Virus record (IMG/VR): IMGVR_UViG_3300032010_000004
Location: 1 to 36,144 of that record
From: a virus
Taxonomy: Duplodnaviria > Caudoviricetes
Direction: 5' to 3' (one strand)
Length of the DNA: 36,144 nucleotides
Shown: piece by piece, positions 1 to 8,047 of the stretch
Position numbering within the stretch: position 1 is the stretch's first letter
Layout of the letters: every line of letters starts with the position of its first letter
Made by a program: the position numbers and the translations under genes
Notes under the pieces: generated by a model
What the model saw: only the letters and a program-made list of their open reading frames with translations
Databases searched by the model: none
What the model was told of the DNA's origin: nothing

Positions 1-1
1 G

Positions 2-3000
2 TCGGCAGCCCGCAAGAATGGAGTCAAGCCGCTCTTCGGAGTTGAACTCTACACGGGAGAGCTAGGTGAACAGGCTACACAAAGAAAGAATCACCTTACC
101 ATTCTGGCCGAACACGCGGAGGGATATCGCAATCTGCTCCGCCTCGTTTCTGATACATATTCAAGAGGTTACTACTATGAGCCAACGGCAGACGGACGAA
201 TGCTTGCGGCTCATAAGCGCGGGTTGGTCATACTTAGTGGATGTCAAGGCTCTGCACTTTCTACAGCCGCCGTGGGAGGGAAACACGTGGCTGAGGCTGA
301 CGCTTCCTTTGGACGAGCGCGACGCCTCGCTTCTCAATATCTTCGCACGTTCGGCGATGCCTATTACATCGAGCTACAGGCGTTTCCGGAACTTGAGAAG
401 ACTCGGCAAGCAAATCCTATGCTTGTGCGTATTGCGGAGGAGCTACACATACCATACGTGGTGACATTCGACTGCCACTACACGGTGCCGGAAGAGAAAG
501 AGATGCAGCAGATCCTGCACAACCTACGGCCAGGCGAGAAGCGCAGCCTGGAAGACATGGCTCGCGAGTGGGGTTACTCAGCCAACCTCTGTCCGCCATG
601 GACGGATCAGATGATCGTGCGGAAGCTGATGGGTACCGGACTCACCAAGCGGCAAGCCATACGCGCGATCCTTACCACGCGGGAAGTAGCCGACCGTTGT
701 ACGGTTGAGCTCCCATCGCTCGAGATGGTGCGGTTCCCACTTCCTGCTCAGTACGACACCGCACTACAGGTTTGGCGGGACTGGATCCTGGACGGGTGGC
801 GGTACCGCCGGTGTAACAAGCTGTCCGAGCCGCAGCTGTCTGCATACAAAGCGCGGCTCAAGCACGAGATGGAAGTCATCGAGGGCAAAGACTTCATCGA
901 CTACTTCCTCGTCATTAGCGATATGGTGCGCTGGGCGAAGGATCACGACATCGCGGTAGGACCCGCACGCGGTAGCGCCGCAGGCTCGCTCATCTGCTGG
1001 CTGCTCCGCATCACCGAGGTTGACCCCATGAAGTACCCTGACCTGGTCTTCGAGCGGTTCATCGACGTCACCCGCCAGGACCTGCCCGACGTGGACATTG
1101 ACTTCAGCAGCGACCGCCGTAACGATATCTGGCAGTACATGGAGCAGAAGTACGGCACGGGCAAGGTCAGCACGATCGGCACCTTCACACGCTTCAAAGG
1201 AAAGAACAGCCTGGACGCGGCGGCCAGGGTGTACCATGTCCCCGACTGGGAGATACAGAAGATCAAAGATGTTCTCATCGAACGGTCATCAGGCGACCTC
1301 CGCGCCAGCGCCACGGTGGAAGACACGGCTGAGCAGTTCCCGCAGGCACGCGAGGTTTTTGAGAGATATCCGGATCTTGGAGCTTCACTTGACCTTGAGG
1401 GCAACTACGCTGGATTTGGAGTCCATGCGGCGGGAATGGTCATTTCTACTGGTCCCATCACGGATGTGGCCGCTATTTACGAGCGCAAAGTCAAGGGTGA
1501 GACGCGTCAGGTCATTAGCATGGATAAGTACGACGCAGAAGCAAAGGGACTCCTCAAGATAGACGCGCTCGGCCTGAGCACGATCGAGGCACTAGACCAT
1601 ATGCGCAAGGAAATGGGCTGGGATCTCGACACGCTCTACAACATGCCACTCGACGATCCCGCCGTCATCCTAGGATTCAAGGAGAACGATGTCGTTGGCA
1701 TCTTCCAGTTCGACGGTCGCGCTTGCCGCTACGTCAACGGTGCACTTCAGCCGGATCACTTCAAGCATGTCTACGACGTCACAGCTTTGGGTCGTCCTGG
1801 TCCTCTGCATAATGGCGCCGCTAATGATTACATTGACATCAAATGGGGCCGGAAAGAACCTGACCAACTCCATCCGGCGATGGGCGAGATCTGCGATAGC
1901 ACGTATGGTCAGATTGTTTACCAGGAACAGATCCTGAGGCTGCTGGGCGCGATCTTTGACTTTGACTGGACGCACCGCGCTGAGGTGCGCCGCATCATCA
2001 GCAAGAAGTCAGGCGACCAGGAGTTCAACCGTAAATGGGAACAGGCGCTGAAGGGTGCCATGCACCTGCACGGTGGTGACGGCGTCATGACAGAAGAGCT
2101 AGCGCGCCTGATCTGGATGAAGCTGATCACGGCAGGCTCCTACGCTTTCAACGCGAGTCATGCAGTCAGCTACGGTATGATCGCGTACCACACCATGTAC
2201 TTCAAGCGGTATCACCCGGAGGTCTTCTACATGTGCCGGCTGAACGTCACTACGGATGCTGAGAAGGCACGCAGGCTACTACGTGACTCGCAGCGGTTCG
2301 GCCGCAAGGTGACGATCAAGCCTCCGCACCCGCGCGTGAGCGGCATCGGCTGGGAGCGCGAGGGCAACGATCTCATCAGCGGCTTCAGCCAGGTACCGGG
2401 CATCGGCGAGAAGGTGGGCGGTGCCATCGTGGCGTATCGTGCGGAACACGGCATGCGTGACTGGCCAGATCTGTTGCAGGTCAAAGGTGTCGGCCCCATC
2501 ACGATGCAGAAGATCAAGGCATTCTCCGACGCGGGTGATGATCCGTTCGGCGCGCTATGGCTCGACAAGGCCATAGCTGCCGTCAAAAACGAGATCGAAC
2601 ATGGTGACCTAGACAACCTTCCGATGCCCACGCATGTGGCGCAGGACCTGCCCTACGAGCAGGGGCAGGACATCGAGGTCGTGTGGCTCGGCTGCATCTA
2701 TACGCGGAACGAGCGCGACCTGTTTGAGTTCAACCAGGCGAAGGGTGCTGAGCTCGACATGAGCGACCCCAAGCACCCGATGCTGAACGGCAGACCTATC
2801 AAGGATCCCCACCTCGACAAATGGTGCGTCATGGTCGGTGACGACGAGAGCGATCAGCTAGGTCTACGAGTTGACCGTTGGCGTTATCCGAGATTGCGTC
2901 AAAAGGTGTGGGGGATACGTCCAGGGAAGGACCTTATCCTGGTACGCGGAGTCAAGCCTGGATACATGCCGACTCGTCAGGTGAGCATTAGCGAAATGTG

Positions 3001-3022
3001 GGTGATCGATCCAGAATGCTAG
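2..3022 (+). CDS. dnaE: DNA polymerase III alpha subunit (DnaE, family C), 5'-truncated at the window edge
   Basis: The frame is open from base 2 (SAARKNGVKPLFGVELY...HLTILAE...GYRNLLRL, PHP domain), so the true start is upstream of the ORF-track ATG at 200. Motifs: GPARGSAAGSL, FERFI, PDVDID, GVHAAG, LLKIDALGL, IVYQEQI, YAFNASHA. No intein seen. Confidence 0.95.
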   Translation, partial: SAARKNGVKPLFGVELYTGELGEQATQRKNHLTILAEHAEGYRNLLRLVSDTYSRGYYYEPTADGRMLAAHKRGLVILSGCQGSALSTAAVGGKHVAEADASFGRARRLASQYLRTFGDAYYIELQAFPELEKTRQANPMLVRIAEELHIPYVVTFDCHYTVPEEKEMQQILHNLRPGEKRSLEDMAREWGYSANLCPPWTDQMIVRKLMGTGLTKRQAIRAILTTREVADRCTVELPSLEMVRFPLPAQYDTALQVWRDWILDGWRYRRCNKLSEPQLSAYKARLKHEMEVIEGKDFIDYFLVISDMVRWAKDHDIAVGPARGSAAGSLICWLLRITEVDPMKYPDLVFERFIDVTRQDLPDVDIDFSSDRRNDIWQYMEQKYGTGKVSTIGTFTRFKGKNSLDAAARVYHVPDWEIQKIKDVLIERSSGDLRASATVEDTAEQFPQAREVFERYPDLGASLDLEGNYAGFGVHAAGMVISTGPITDVAAIYERKVKGETRQVISMDKYDAEAKGLLKIDALGLSTIEALDHMRKEMGWDLDTLYNMPLDDPAVILGFKENDVVGIFQFDGRACRYVNGALQPDHFKHVYDVTALGRPGPLHNGAANDYIDIKWGRKEPDQLHPAMGEICDSTYGQIVYQEQILRLLGAIFDFDWTHRAEVRRIISKKSGDQEFNRKWEQALKGAMHLHGGDGVMTEELARLIWMKLITAGSYAFNASHAVSYGMIAYHTMYFKRYHPEVFYMCRLNVTTDAEKARRLLRDSQRFGRKVTIKPPHPRVSGIGWEREGNDLISGFSQVPGIGEKVGGAIVAYRAEHGMRDWPDLLQVKGVGPITMQKIKAFSDAGDDPFGALWLDKAIAAVKNEIEHGDLDNLPMPTHVAQDLPYEQGQDIEVVWLGCIYTRNERDLFEFNQAKGAELDMSDPKHPMLNGRPIKDPHLDKWCVMVGDDESDQLGLRVDRWRYPRLRQKVWGIRPGKDLILVRGVKPGYMPTRQVSISEMWVIDPEC

Positions 3023-3423
3023 CCAAGGAAATCACCCCAGATGTCATCGAAGAGTTTCTGCGGCTCGTGAAAAGGCTTCCAAAAGGGAACGCCTGCGTTC
3101 TCTGGAAGGGGAAGACATTCGGTGAAGGGTACGGATGCTTCCTGGTACCAAGCAAGGGGATGTACATAACGCATCGGGTGGCATTCTTCATCCGATACGG
3201 GTCTATCGATAGAACGAAAGAGGTACACCACACCTGTCGTAATGAGGGATGTTACAATCCAAAGCATCTCGAGCAGGTGGGTACAAGGGAGCATCGACTG
3301 AAGCATCCGGCAGACCACGATAGGCTTAGCCAGAGTCAGCAGCATAGATGGGCTGATCCGGGACAAAAAGCCTGGTTGGCTAAGAGAACTCGTGATGCGA
3401 ATGGACGCTTCACCAAACAATGA
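3016..3423 (+). CDS. Free-standing HNH endonuclease (HNH_3-like, probable homing endonuclease)
   Basis: CVLWKG...GYG...THRVAF...EVHHTCRNEGCYNPKHLE pattern; C-terminal RDANGRF. The ATG at 3016 overlaps the dnaE stop. Visibly more AT-rich than its neighbours. Confidence 0.85.
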   Translation: MLAKEITPDVIEEFLRLVKRLPKGNACVLWKGKTFGEGYGCFLVPSKGMYITHRVAFFIRYGSIDRTKEVHHTCRNEGCYNPKHLEQVGTREHRLKHPADHDRLSQSQQHRWADPGQKAWLAKRTRDANGRFTKQ

Positions 3424-3434
3424 GAGGAGAGAAC

Positions 3435-3587
3435 GTGGGAGACGAGACGACCGAAGGCACGCCGGAGCCGACCACAGCGCCGGAGAACACGCCCAACGAC
3501 CCGGAGACCGGACTGCCCGAGGGCGAGCCGGTTCCGGGTGCCGAGGACGCCGACGACGAAGAGTCGTCGGACGACGAGGACGAGTAA
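3435..3587 (+). CDS. 50-aa highly acidic micro-protein (not in ORF track)
   Basis: GAGGAG Shine-Dalgarno, GTG at 3435, TAA at 3585-3587. Translation MGDETTEGTPEPTTAPENTPNDPETGLPEGEPVPGAEDADDEESSDDEDE. GC-rich third positions. Alternative ATG at 3420 overlaps the HNH stop. Confidence 0.7.
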   Translation: MGDETTEGTPEPTTAPENTPNDPETGLPEGEPVPGAEDADDEESSDDEDE

Positions 3588-3690
3588 GTGAGAGTTGGGA
3601 GCATGGCACTCACCATAACTGAGAGGCATGCACTTTGCCGCGAGAAGGGATGGGCGCTCGCGAGGCCGAGTAATCCACAGCAGGAGGGTT

Positions 3691-4032
3691 GTGAGAAGGG
3701 TACACGTCATCCTCGCCGCGCTGTGCGTGGCGTTCACTATGGTAGCAAGTTCGCACGCGTCGAACGGCTCGGGTCAGCGTTCGGACTACGTGACGAACGG
3801 GTTGTTGTGCATTCACCAGTACGAAGGAAGCTGGACAGATCCGAACGGGCCATACTATGGAGGCCTGCAAATGGACTACAACTTCATGGAGGCCTACGGG
3901 GGTGCCTTCCTTCGGAGGTGGGGCACGGCAGATCACTGGCCCATTTGGGCACAGCTACAAGCCGGAAGGAACGGCTATGCGGCGCGGGGATGGACCCCGT
4001 GGCCCAACACGCGACACGACTGCGGATTGTAA
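3691..4032 (+). CDS. Secreted Rpf-like (resuscitation-promoting factor-like) lytic transglycosylase
   Basis: AGGAGG SD then GTG at 3691. Signal-peptide-like N-terminus (MRRVHVILAALCVAFTMVASSHA). CIHQYEGSW (candidate catalytic Glu), YYGGLQM, AQLQA and GWTPWP...C follow the Rpf pattern CES-GNW / YYGGLQF / EQI / GAWP-C. Confidence 0.75.
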   Translation: MRRVHVILAALCVAFTMVASSHASNGSGQRSDYVTNGLLCIHQYEGSWTDPNGPYYGGLQMDYNFMEAYGGAFLRRWGTADHWPIWAQLQAGRNGYAARGWTPWPNTRHDCGL

Positions 4033-4053
4033 CGTAGTCTAACAGGAGGGAGC

Positions 4054-4449
4054 ATGTCGCTAACCAAGCACGAACTGGCAGTAGAGGTCGAGAAGGAGAC
4101 CGGCATCAAGCCGGGTCTCGTCAAGAGCGTGATGGACGCGATCGCGCTGATCGCGGCGGACGAGATCGAGGCTGGTGAGGACTTCACCATGCCTGGCGTC
4201 GTCCGCATCACGTGGCGCTACAAGGCACCGCAGGCCAAGGGAGCACGCTGGAAGAAGGGTGATTCCGTTGTCGGATTCGGAGGGATCGAGTCCGTCAAGG
4301 ACACCGACAGCCCGCCTGTCAAGGCAGCGGTTGTTCTCAAGCCTGCTCTGACTGGAGAGGTCGCGAAGCTGCGGCCGAAGTCCACTCAGATGGCCGACTA
4401 CATGAAAACGAAGACGGCCAAGGCTGTCGTGGCGCGGAAGAAGGGTTAG
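4054..4449 (+). CDS. HU/IHF-like DNA-binding protein
   Basis: AGGAGG SD. MSLTKHELAVEVEKETG...VKSVMDAI...EIEAGEDFTMPG matches the HU N-terminal helices and first strand. Extended arm and Lys-rich C-terminus. Confidence 0.75.
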   Translation: MSLTKHELAVEVEKETGIKPGLVKSVMDAIALIAADEIEAGEDFTMPGVVRITWRYKAPQAKGARWKKGDSVVGFGGIESVKDTDSPPVKAAVVLKPALTGEVAKLRPKSTQMADYMKTKTAKAVVARKKG

Positions 4450-4451
4450 CG

Positions 4452-5447
4452 ATGAGCGGCTCGGACATCGTGCGGTATGGTGACGCTGCGATGTACGAGT
4501 CGGTGCCGATCCGGCGCGAGGAGGGTACCACTGTAGTACCAAGTGTTACCCTCCTCAGCGCCACGCCGGATCCGCTCGGCTCACTCGCAGCCGGGTTCCG
4601 CATGTACCGTGGGGACCCGGTCTATGACCTACAGGATATCACGGACGAGCAGCGCCTATGGGCCTGGGACGAGAGCATCAAGACTCACCTCAAGGCACCA
4701 TGGGAGTTCATCGATCTGATGTTCATGATCGAAGGGGTCACGCGCTCCTTCACTCATCAGCTTGTGCGGCAGCGCACTGCCGTGTACGCGCAGGAAAGCC
4801 TGCGGTTCGCTGTCAAGCGTGGCTTCGCACATGAGGCAGCCCTACCGCCGCACATCGTACCAGGCCCAGCCGGTGACGAGCCGGCATTCAAGATCTGGTG
4901 CGACATCATGCAGGACGTCGAGGATGCCTACGAGAAGTTGATCGCCCTGGGCATCCCCGCCGAAGACGCTCGCAGCATCCTACCCCACTGCGTCACGACG
5001 CGCGTGATCTACAAGACGAACCTGCGTGGGCTGCTGGAGCACGCTGGCAATCGGCTGTGCACTCAGGCGCAGTTCGAGTGGCGCAGCGTCTTTCTCGGCA
5101 TCATCAAGTCCATCAGGAACAAGAAAGGCTACATGTACAAGAAGCCATCGATGATCAACGATGGCGTCTACGCCGCTGCGAAGTCAGACTGGCAGTTCGA
5201 GAAGCTGGCGTCACCGATCCCAGCTACGTTCGCGCCGGTCTGCTACAAGGCGGGGCACTGCGTCTTCATGGGAACCATCGATCGCGGCTGTACCATTCGT
5301 GATCGCGTACAAGCGTTCTCTGAGGCTGGCATCGGTGCGGATCGGTGGGCGGAAGGCACTGCCGTCATCCCGCCCATCGAGGTGGAAGAGTGGATGGCCA
5401 ACGCCAACGCCGGCATCACCTGGTCGGACGAAGACCGGCCAAAATGA
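4452..5447 (+). CDS. thyX: Flavin-dependent thymidylate synthase ThyX
   Basis: H..PWEF, IEGVTRSFTHQLVRQRTAVYAQESLRF (variant of RHRx7S.R), GIPAEDARSILP, NLRGL, RLCTQAQFEW. Confidence 0.88.
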   Translation: MSGSDIVRYGDAAMYESVPIRREEGTTVVPSVTLLSATPDPLGSLAAGFRMYRGDPVYDLQDITDEQRLWAWDESIKTHLKAPWEFIDLMFMIEGVTRSFTHQLVRQRTAVYAQESLRFAVKRGFAHEAALPPHIVPGPAGDEPAFKIWCDIMQDVEDAYEKLIALGIPAEDARSILPHCVTTRVIYKTNLRGLLEHAGNRLCTQAQFEWRSVFLGIIKSIRNKKGYMYKKPSMINDGVYAAAKSDWQFEKLASPIPATFAPVCYKAGHCVFMGTIDRGCTIRDRVQAFSEAGIGADRWAEGTAVIPPIEVEEWMANANAGITWSDEDRPK

Positions 5448-5914
5448 CATATCAGCGCCACCCGCGTGGCGCGCATACGGCGAGGCTGCACGCTCAGAGG
5501 ATGGCACCGATCTCTGAGCGGCGGCTCGCTGCTTTGCGTGCCGAGGTAGAGGCGGAAGAAAAGAAGTATGGCGGCCAGGGTGAGGCTCAGGTCGTGTTCG
5601 GCACACAGCTGTCTGATGTGCTGAAGAAGTGGGAAGCTGAGTTTGCCGCGAAGTACCCGCAGGATGCGCAGTGGGGCAAGGTGATGGGCCCACGTGATTG
5701 GCTGAAGGAGATGACCGGCTTGCACATCAGGCGCATCTATGGATTGCTTGAGGCTGAGTACCGTTTCGTCTCGTTGTCTCAGGCAGATCTGATCCTCACC
5801 GTGATCGAGAGATCTGACCTTTTGTACGACGTAATCCACGTGATTCCGAATCCGAACTGGTCGCCGGAACGGTGGCTAGCGTACATGAACGAGCGTGGAT
5901 GCGGGGATGGGTAA
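5444..5914 (+). CDS. Hypothetical protein, possible XRE-like helix-turn-helix
   Basis: ATG at 5444 overlaps the thyX TGA (ATGA). WLKEMTGLHIRRIYGLL...VSLSQADLIL resembles an HTH; that call is weak. Confidence 0.6.
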   Translation: MTYQRHPRGAHTARLHAQRMAPISERRLAALRAEVEAEEKKYGGQGEAQVVFGTQLSDVLKKWEAEFAAKYPQDAQWGKVMGPRDWLKEMTGLHIRRIYGLLEAEYRFVSLSQADLILTVIERSDLLYDVIHVIPNPNWSPERWLAYMNERGCGDG

Positions 5915-5993
5915 TGGCTCCTCCATCGTCGAAAGTCTCGGCGGGTGAATTCCTCGGTCGAAATAGGGGTAACGATGGATAATGGCCCCTCCA
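5906..5993. repeat. Imperfect 20-bp direct repeat, 2 copies 68 bp apart
   Basis: gatgggtaatggctcctcca (5906-5925) versus gatggataatggcccctcca (5974-5993); 18/20 identical. Confidence 0.8.
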
Positions 5994-6454
5994 AAGCCTC
6001 GTCCGCGTTCCTAGCAGCCTACTATGATCCTGGAGTAGCGATTAGGGACGAAAACCCAGTGGAGATAGAGAGGGGTGAAAGGGAACGTCTTCTCACCCTG
6101 TACGTCGTAGCACAAGCAGCCTCCCAAATCCCGCGTCGGATCGGAGGCGATGCAGAGCTCATTGAACTACGTGAGGACAAGAAACGCTGCCGCCGTGTGG
6201 CCCATGTAGCACGCCAGTGCCTCGAAGCTTGGGGTGGTGAGACCACCAAGGCTGTTCCCAAGGATGTACGGAAAGAGGCTGCCCAAGTGGTCTGGGACAA
6301 ATGGTGGGAAGCACACCAAGTTGTCCTGCGCACACGGCTCACCTACATCGCGAACTGGGGATTGGTGCAGGACGCTGATACTCAGCGCTGGGCGAAGGGT
6401 GCAGTTCAGCGGCTACAGAATGAGCTGAACTGGCTCAACTATGCATTACGCTAG
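5975..6454 (+). CDS. Hypothetical helical protein, last gene of the + strand block (start uncertain)
   Basis: Open frame of about 160 codons with AGGGG upstream of ATG 5975. No recognisable motif. Confidence 0.5.
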   Translation: MDNGPSKASSAFLAAYYDPGVAIRDENPVEIERGERERLLTLYVVAQAASQIPRRIGGDAELIELREDKKRCRRVAHVARQCLEAWGGETTKAVPKDVRKEAAQVVWDKWWEAHQVVLRTRLTYIANWGLVQDADTQRWAKGAVQRLQNELNWLNYALR

Positions 6455-6480
6455 TCAGCGTTACGCTGCTCAGCGTTACG
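6446..6480. repeat. 15-bp tandem repeat (2.3 copies) at the convergence of the two operons
   Basis: ttacgctagtcagcg / ttacgctgctcagcg / ttacg. The units contain short inverted repeats (cagcg-tta-cgctg). Confidence 0.7.
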
Positions 6481-8047
6481 AGTTGTAGCCAGACTTCAGC
6501 ACGAAGTCATAGTAGAAGCCAATGCCCTGACAGAAGCAGGTGTTCCACCCAGGGCTGGAGCAGTACCAGTGAGCGTAGCAGGCTTCGCCGCCGTTGACAT
6601 TCCAGAGCGGTCCTAGGTTGAATCCCCAGGTGGGACCGTTGGCCCAGACATTCACCCAGCCAGAGCCGCCCACCTGGAAGTCCATGTAGCAGACGTTGCC
6701 GTCTGAACCACCCTCAACACGGTCGCCGTGCATCCACACCCGCATCTGGTAGTGTGTCGGGTCTGGGTTGCCTGGCAGGTAGACAGGCGTGTACTTCGCG
6801 CCGGTGGCCGTCCAGATCCAGTTACCGTCTGACGAGTCATCATATGACGGTGGACTGTGACGGTAATCGTCATAGTAGCCCTCACCGTCATTCCACTCTG
6901 CGTGGTTCCCGAGCGTGACGGTCCCTGCGCCGGGGATGCTGTTGGTGACGTTGATGCTCTGGCTAACCGTGGTAGAGTTGCCTTGGGCATCCGTTACCAC
7001 CACCGAGATCGTGTTACCACCGGCACCGAGTAGGTGTGTATCGTATGCGAGCGTGTATGTCCCATTGCCACCGCTCTGCGCGCCACCCACGTTGTTGCCA
7101 TTTACGCGGAACTGAACGGTGCAGCTAGAGCCGTACTGCGTGACGGTGGTGGACAAAGTGATCGTACCGCTGACATTTCCGGAAGGACTGAGGCTCACGA
7201 CCGGCAGGTTGTGGAATGCAACCGTGACGCTCTGGGTTGTGGCGTTACCCTGCGCGTCAGTGACTGTCACCGCGAATGTGTGGTTCCCGTTCACGAGTGC
7301 ACGGGTATCATAGGTTGTGTTGTACGGACTGCCTACAGGCGCACCGATGCCGGTACCATCAACCTTCCACTGAGCGGTGGCGCTGGTACCGTACTGCGTG
7401 ACTGAGCACTGCAGATTGATCACGCCGGAGACGCTCACTCCGCTAGCAGGAGTGGTGATCCCCACAATCGGGTTGTTCCTGACCGTGACCGTATAGTCAA
7501 TCCTGGTCTGGTTGCCCTGACCGTCGCTCACGAGGACAGAGATCTGGTGATTCCCGTTCACTAGCTGAGTTGTGTCAAAGCTCATCGAGAACGGTGGGGT
7601 GAACAGCGCACCACCTCTGTTCACGTTGTCAACCAGGAACTGTACGTTCAGGCCCGTGCCATAGTTGGTCACCGTCGCAGCCAAAGTGATCGTTCCGCTG
7701 ACCGTAGAGCCATTAGCAGGACTGGTCAGCGTAACTGCTGGATTGTTCGCAACCGTAACACCGACCGATGCACTGCTCTGATTGCCAACGCGGTCTAGAA
7801 CAACGGCGCTGTAAGTGTGTCCTCCGTTGATCAGGTTGTGCGTGTCGTGGCTGATCTGGAAGGGTGCCACCGTGATCGGACTGCCTAGATTAGCACCGTC
7901 CACCTTGAACTGAACCGAGGCGACCTGATCGTTGTCTGCCGCAGTGGCTGCGACTGTGATCGTGCCCGACACCGTACCAGCGGCAGGGCTGGTCAGGGCC
8001 ACAGTTGGGTTGACCCGATCAACGCAGAGGACGCCAGGCTTGGTCAC
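6476..8047 (-). CDS. Virion protein with four tandem bacterial Ig-like (Big_7-type) domains plus a Trp/Tyr/Cys-rich C-terminal domain; putative adhesin/receptor-binding protein
   Basis: Four repeats of P.V.(L/I)T(S/T)P..G..VSG.I......VQF.VDG......P(F/Y)....DT..L.NG.H....V.D..GN. The GTG start overlaps the upstream TGA. Confidence 0.85.
   Translation of the reverse strand: MTKPGVLCVDRVNPTVALTSPAAGTVSGTITVAATAADNDQVASVQFKVDGANLGSPITVAPFQISHDTHNLINGGHTYSAVVLDRVGNQSSASVGVTVANNPAVTLTSPANGSTVSGTITLAATVTNYGTGLNVQFLVDNVNRGGALFTPPFSMSFDTTQLVNGNHQISVLVSDGQGNQTRIDYTVTVRNNPIVGITTPASGVSVSGVINLQCSVTQYGTSATAQWKVDGTGIGAPVGSPYNTTYDTRALVNGNHTFAVTVTDAQGNATTQSVTVAFHNLPVVSLSPSGNVSGTITLSTTVTQYGSSCTVQFRVNGNNVGGAQSGGNGTYTLAYDTHLLGAGGNTISVVVTDAQGNSTTVSQSINVTNSIPGAGTVTLGNHAEWNDGEGYYDDYRHSPPSYDDSSDGNWIWTATGAKYTPVYLPGNPDPTHYQMRVWMHGDRVEGGSDGNVCYMDFQVGGSGWVNVWANGPTWGFNLGPLWNVNGGEACYAHWYCSSPGWNTCFCQGIGFYYDFVLKSGYNS

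Noticed and set aside
200-202. ORF-track ATG as the dnaE start
   Set aside because: The frame is open from base 2 and encodes PHP-domain motifs upstream, so the gene begins before the window.
3588-3690. Possible c-di-AMP (ydaO) riboswitch or other ncRNA upstream of the Rpf-like gene
   Set aside because: Actinobacterial rpfA genes often carry one, but I could not find its conserved elements here. The gap is only about 100 nt with weak stems (cgcgag/ctcgcg). An Infernal/Rfam scan would settle it.
6476-6920. Diversity-generating retroelement target at the Ig protein C-terminus
   Set aside because: No reverse transcriptase and no adenine-variant template/variable repeat pair were seen in the window.
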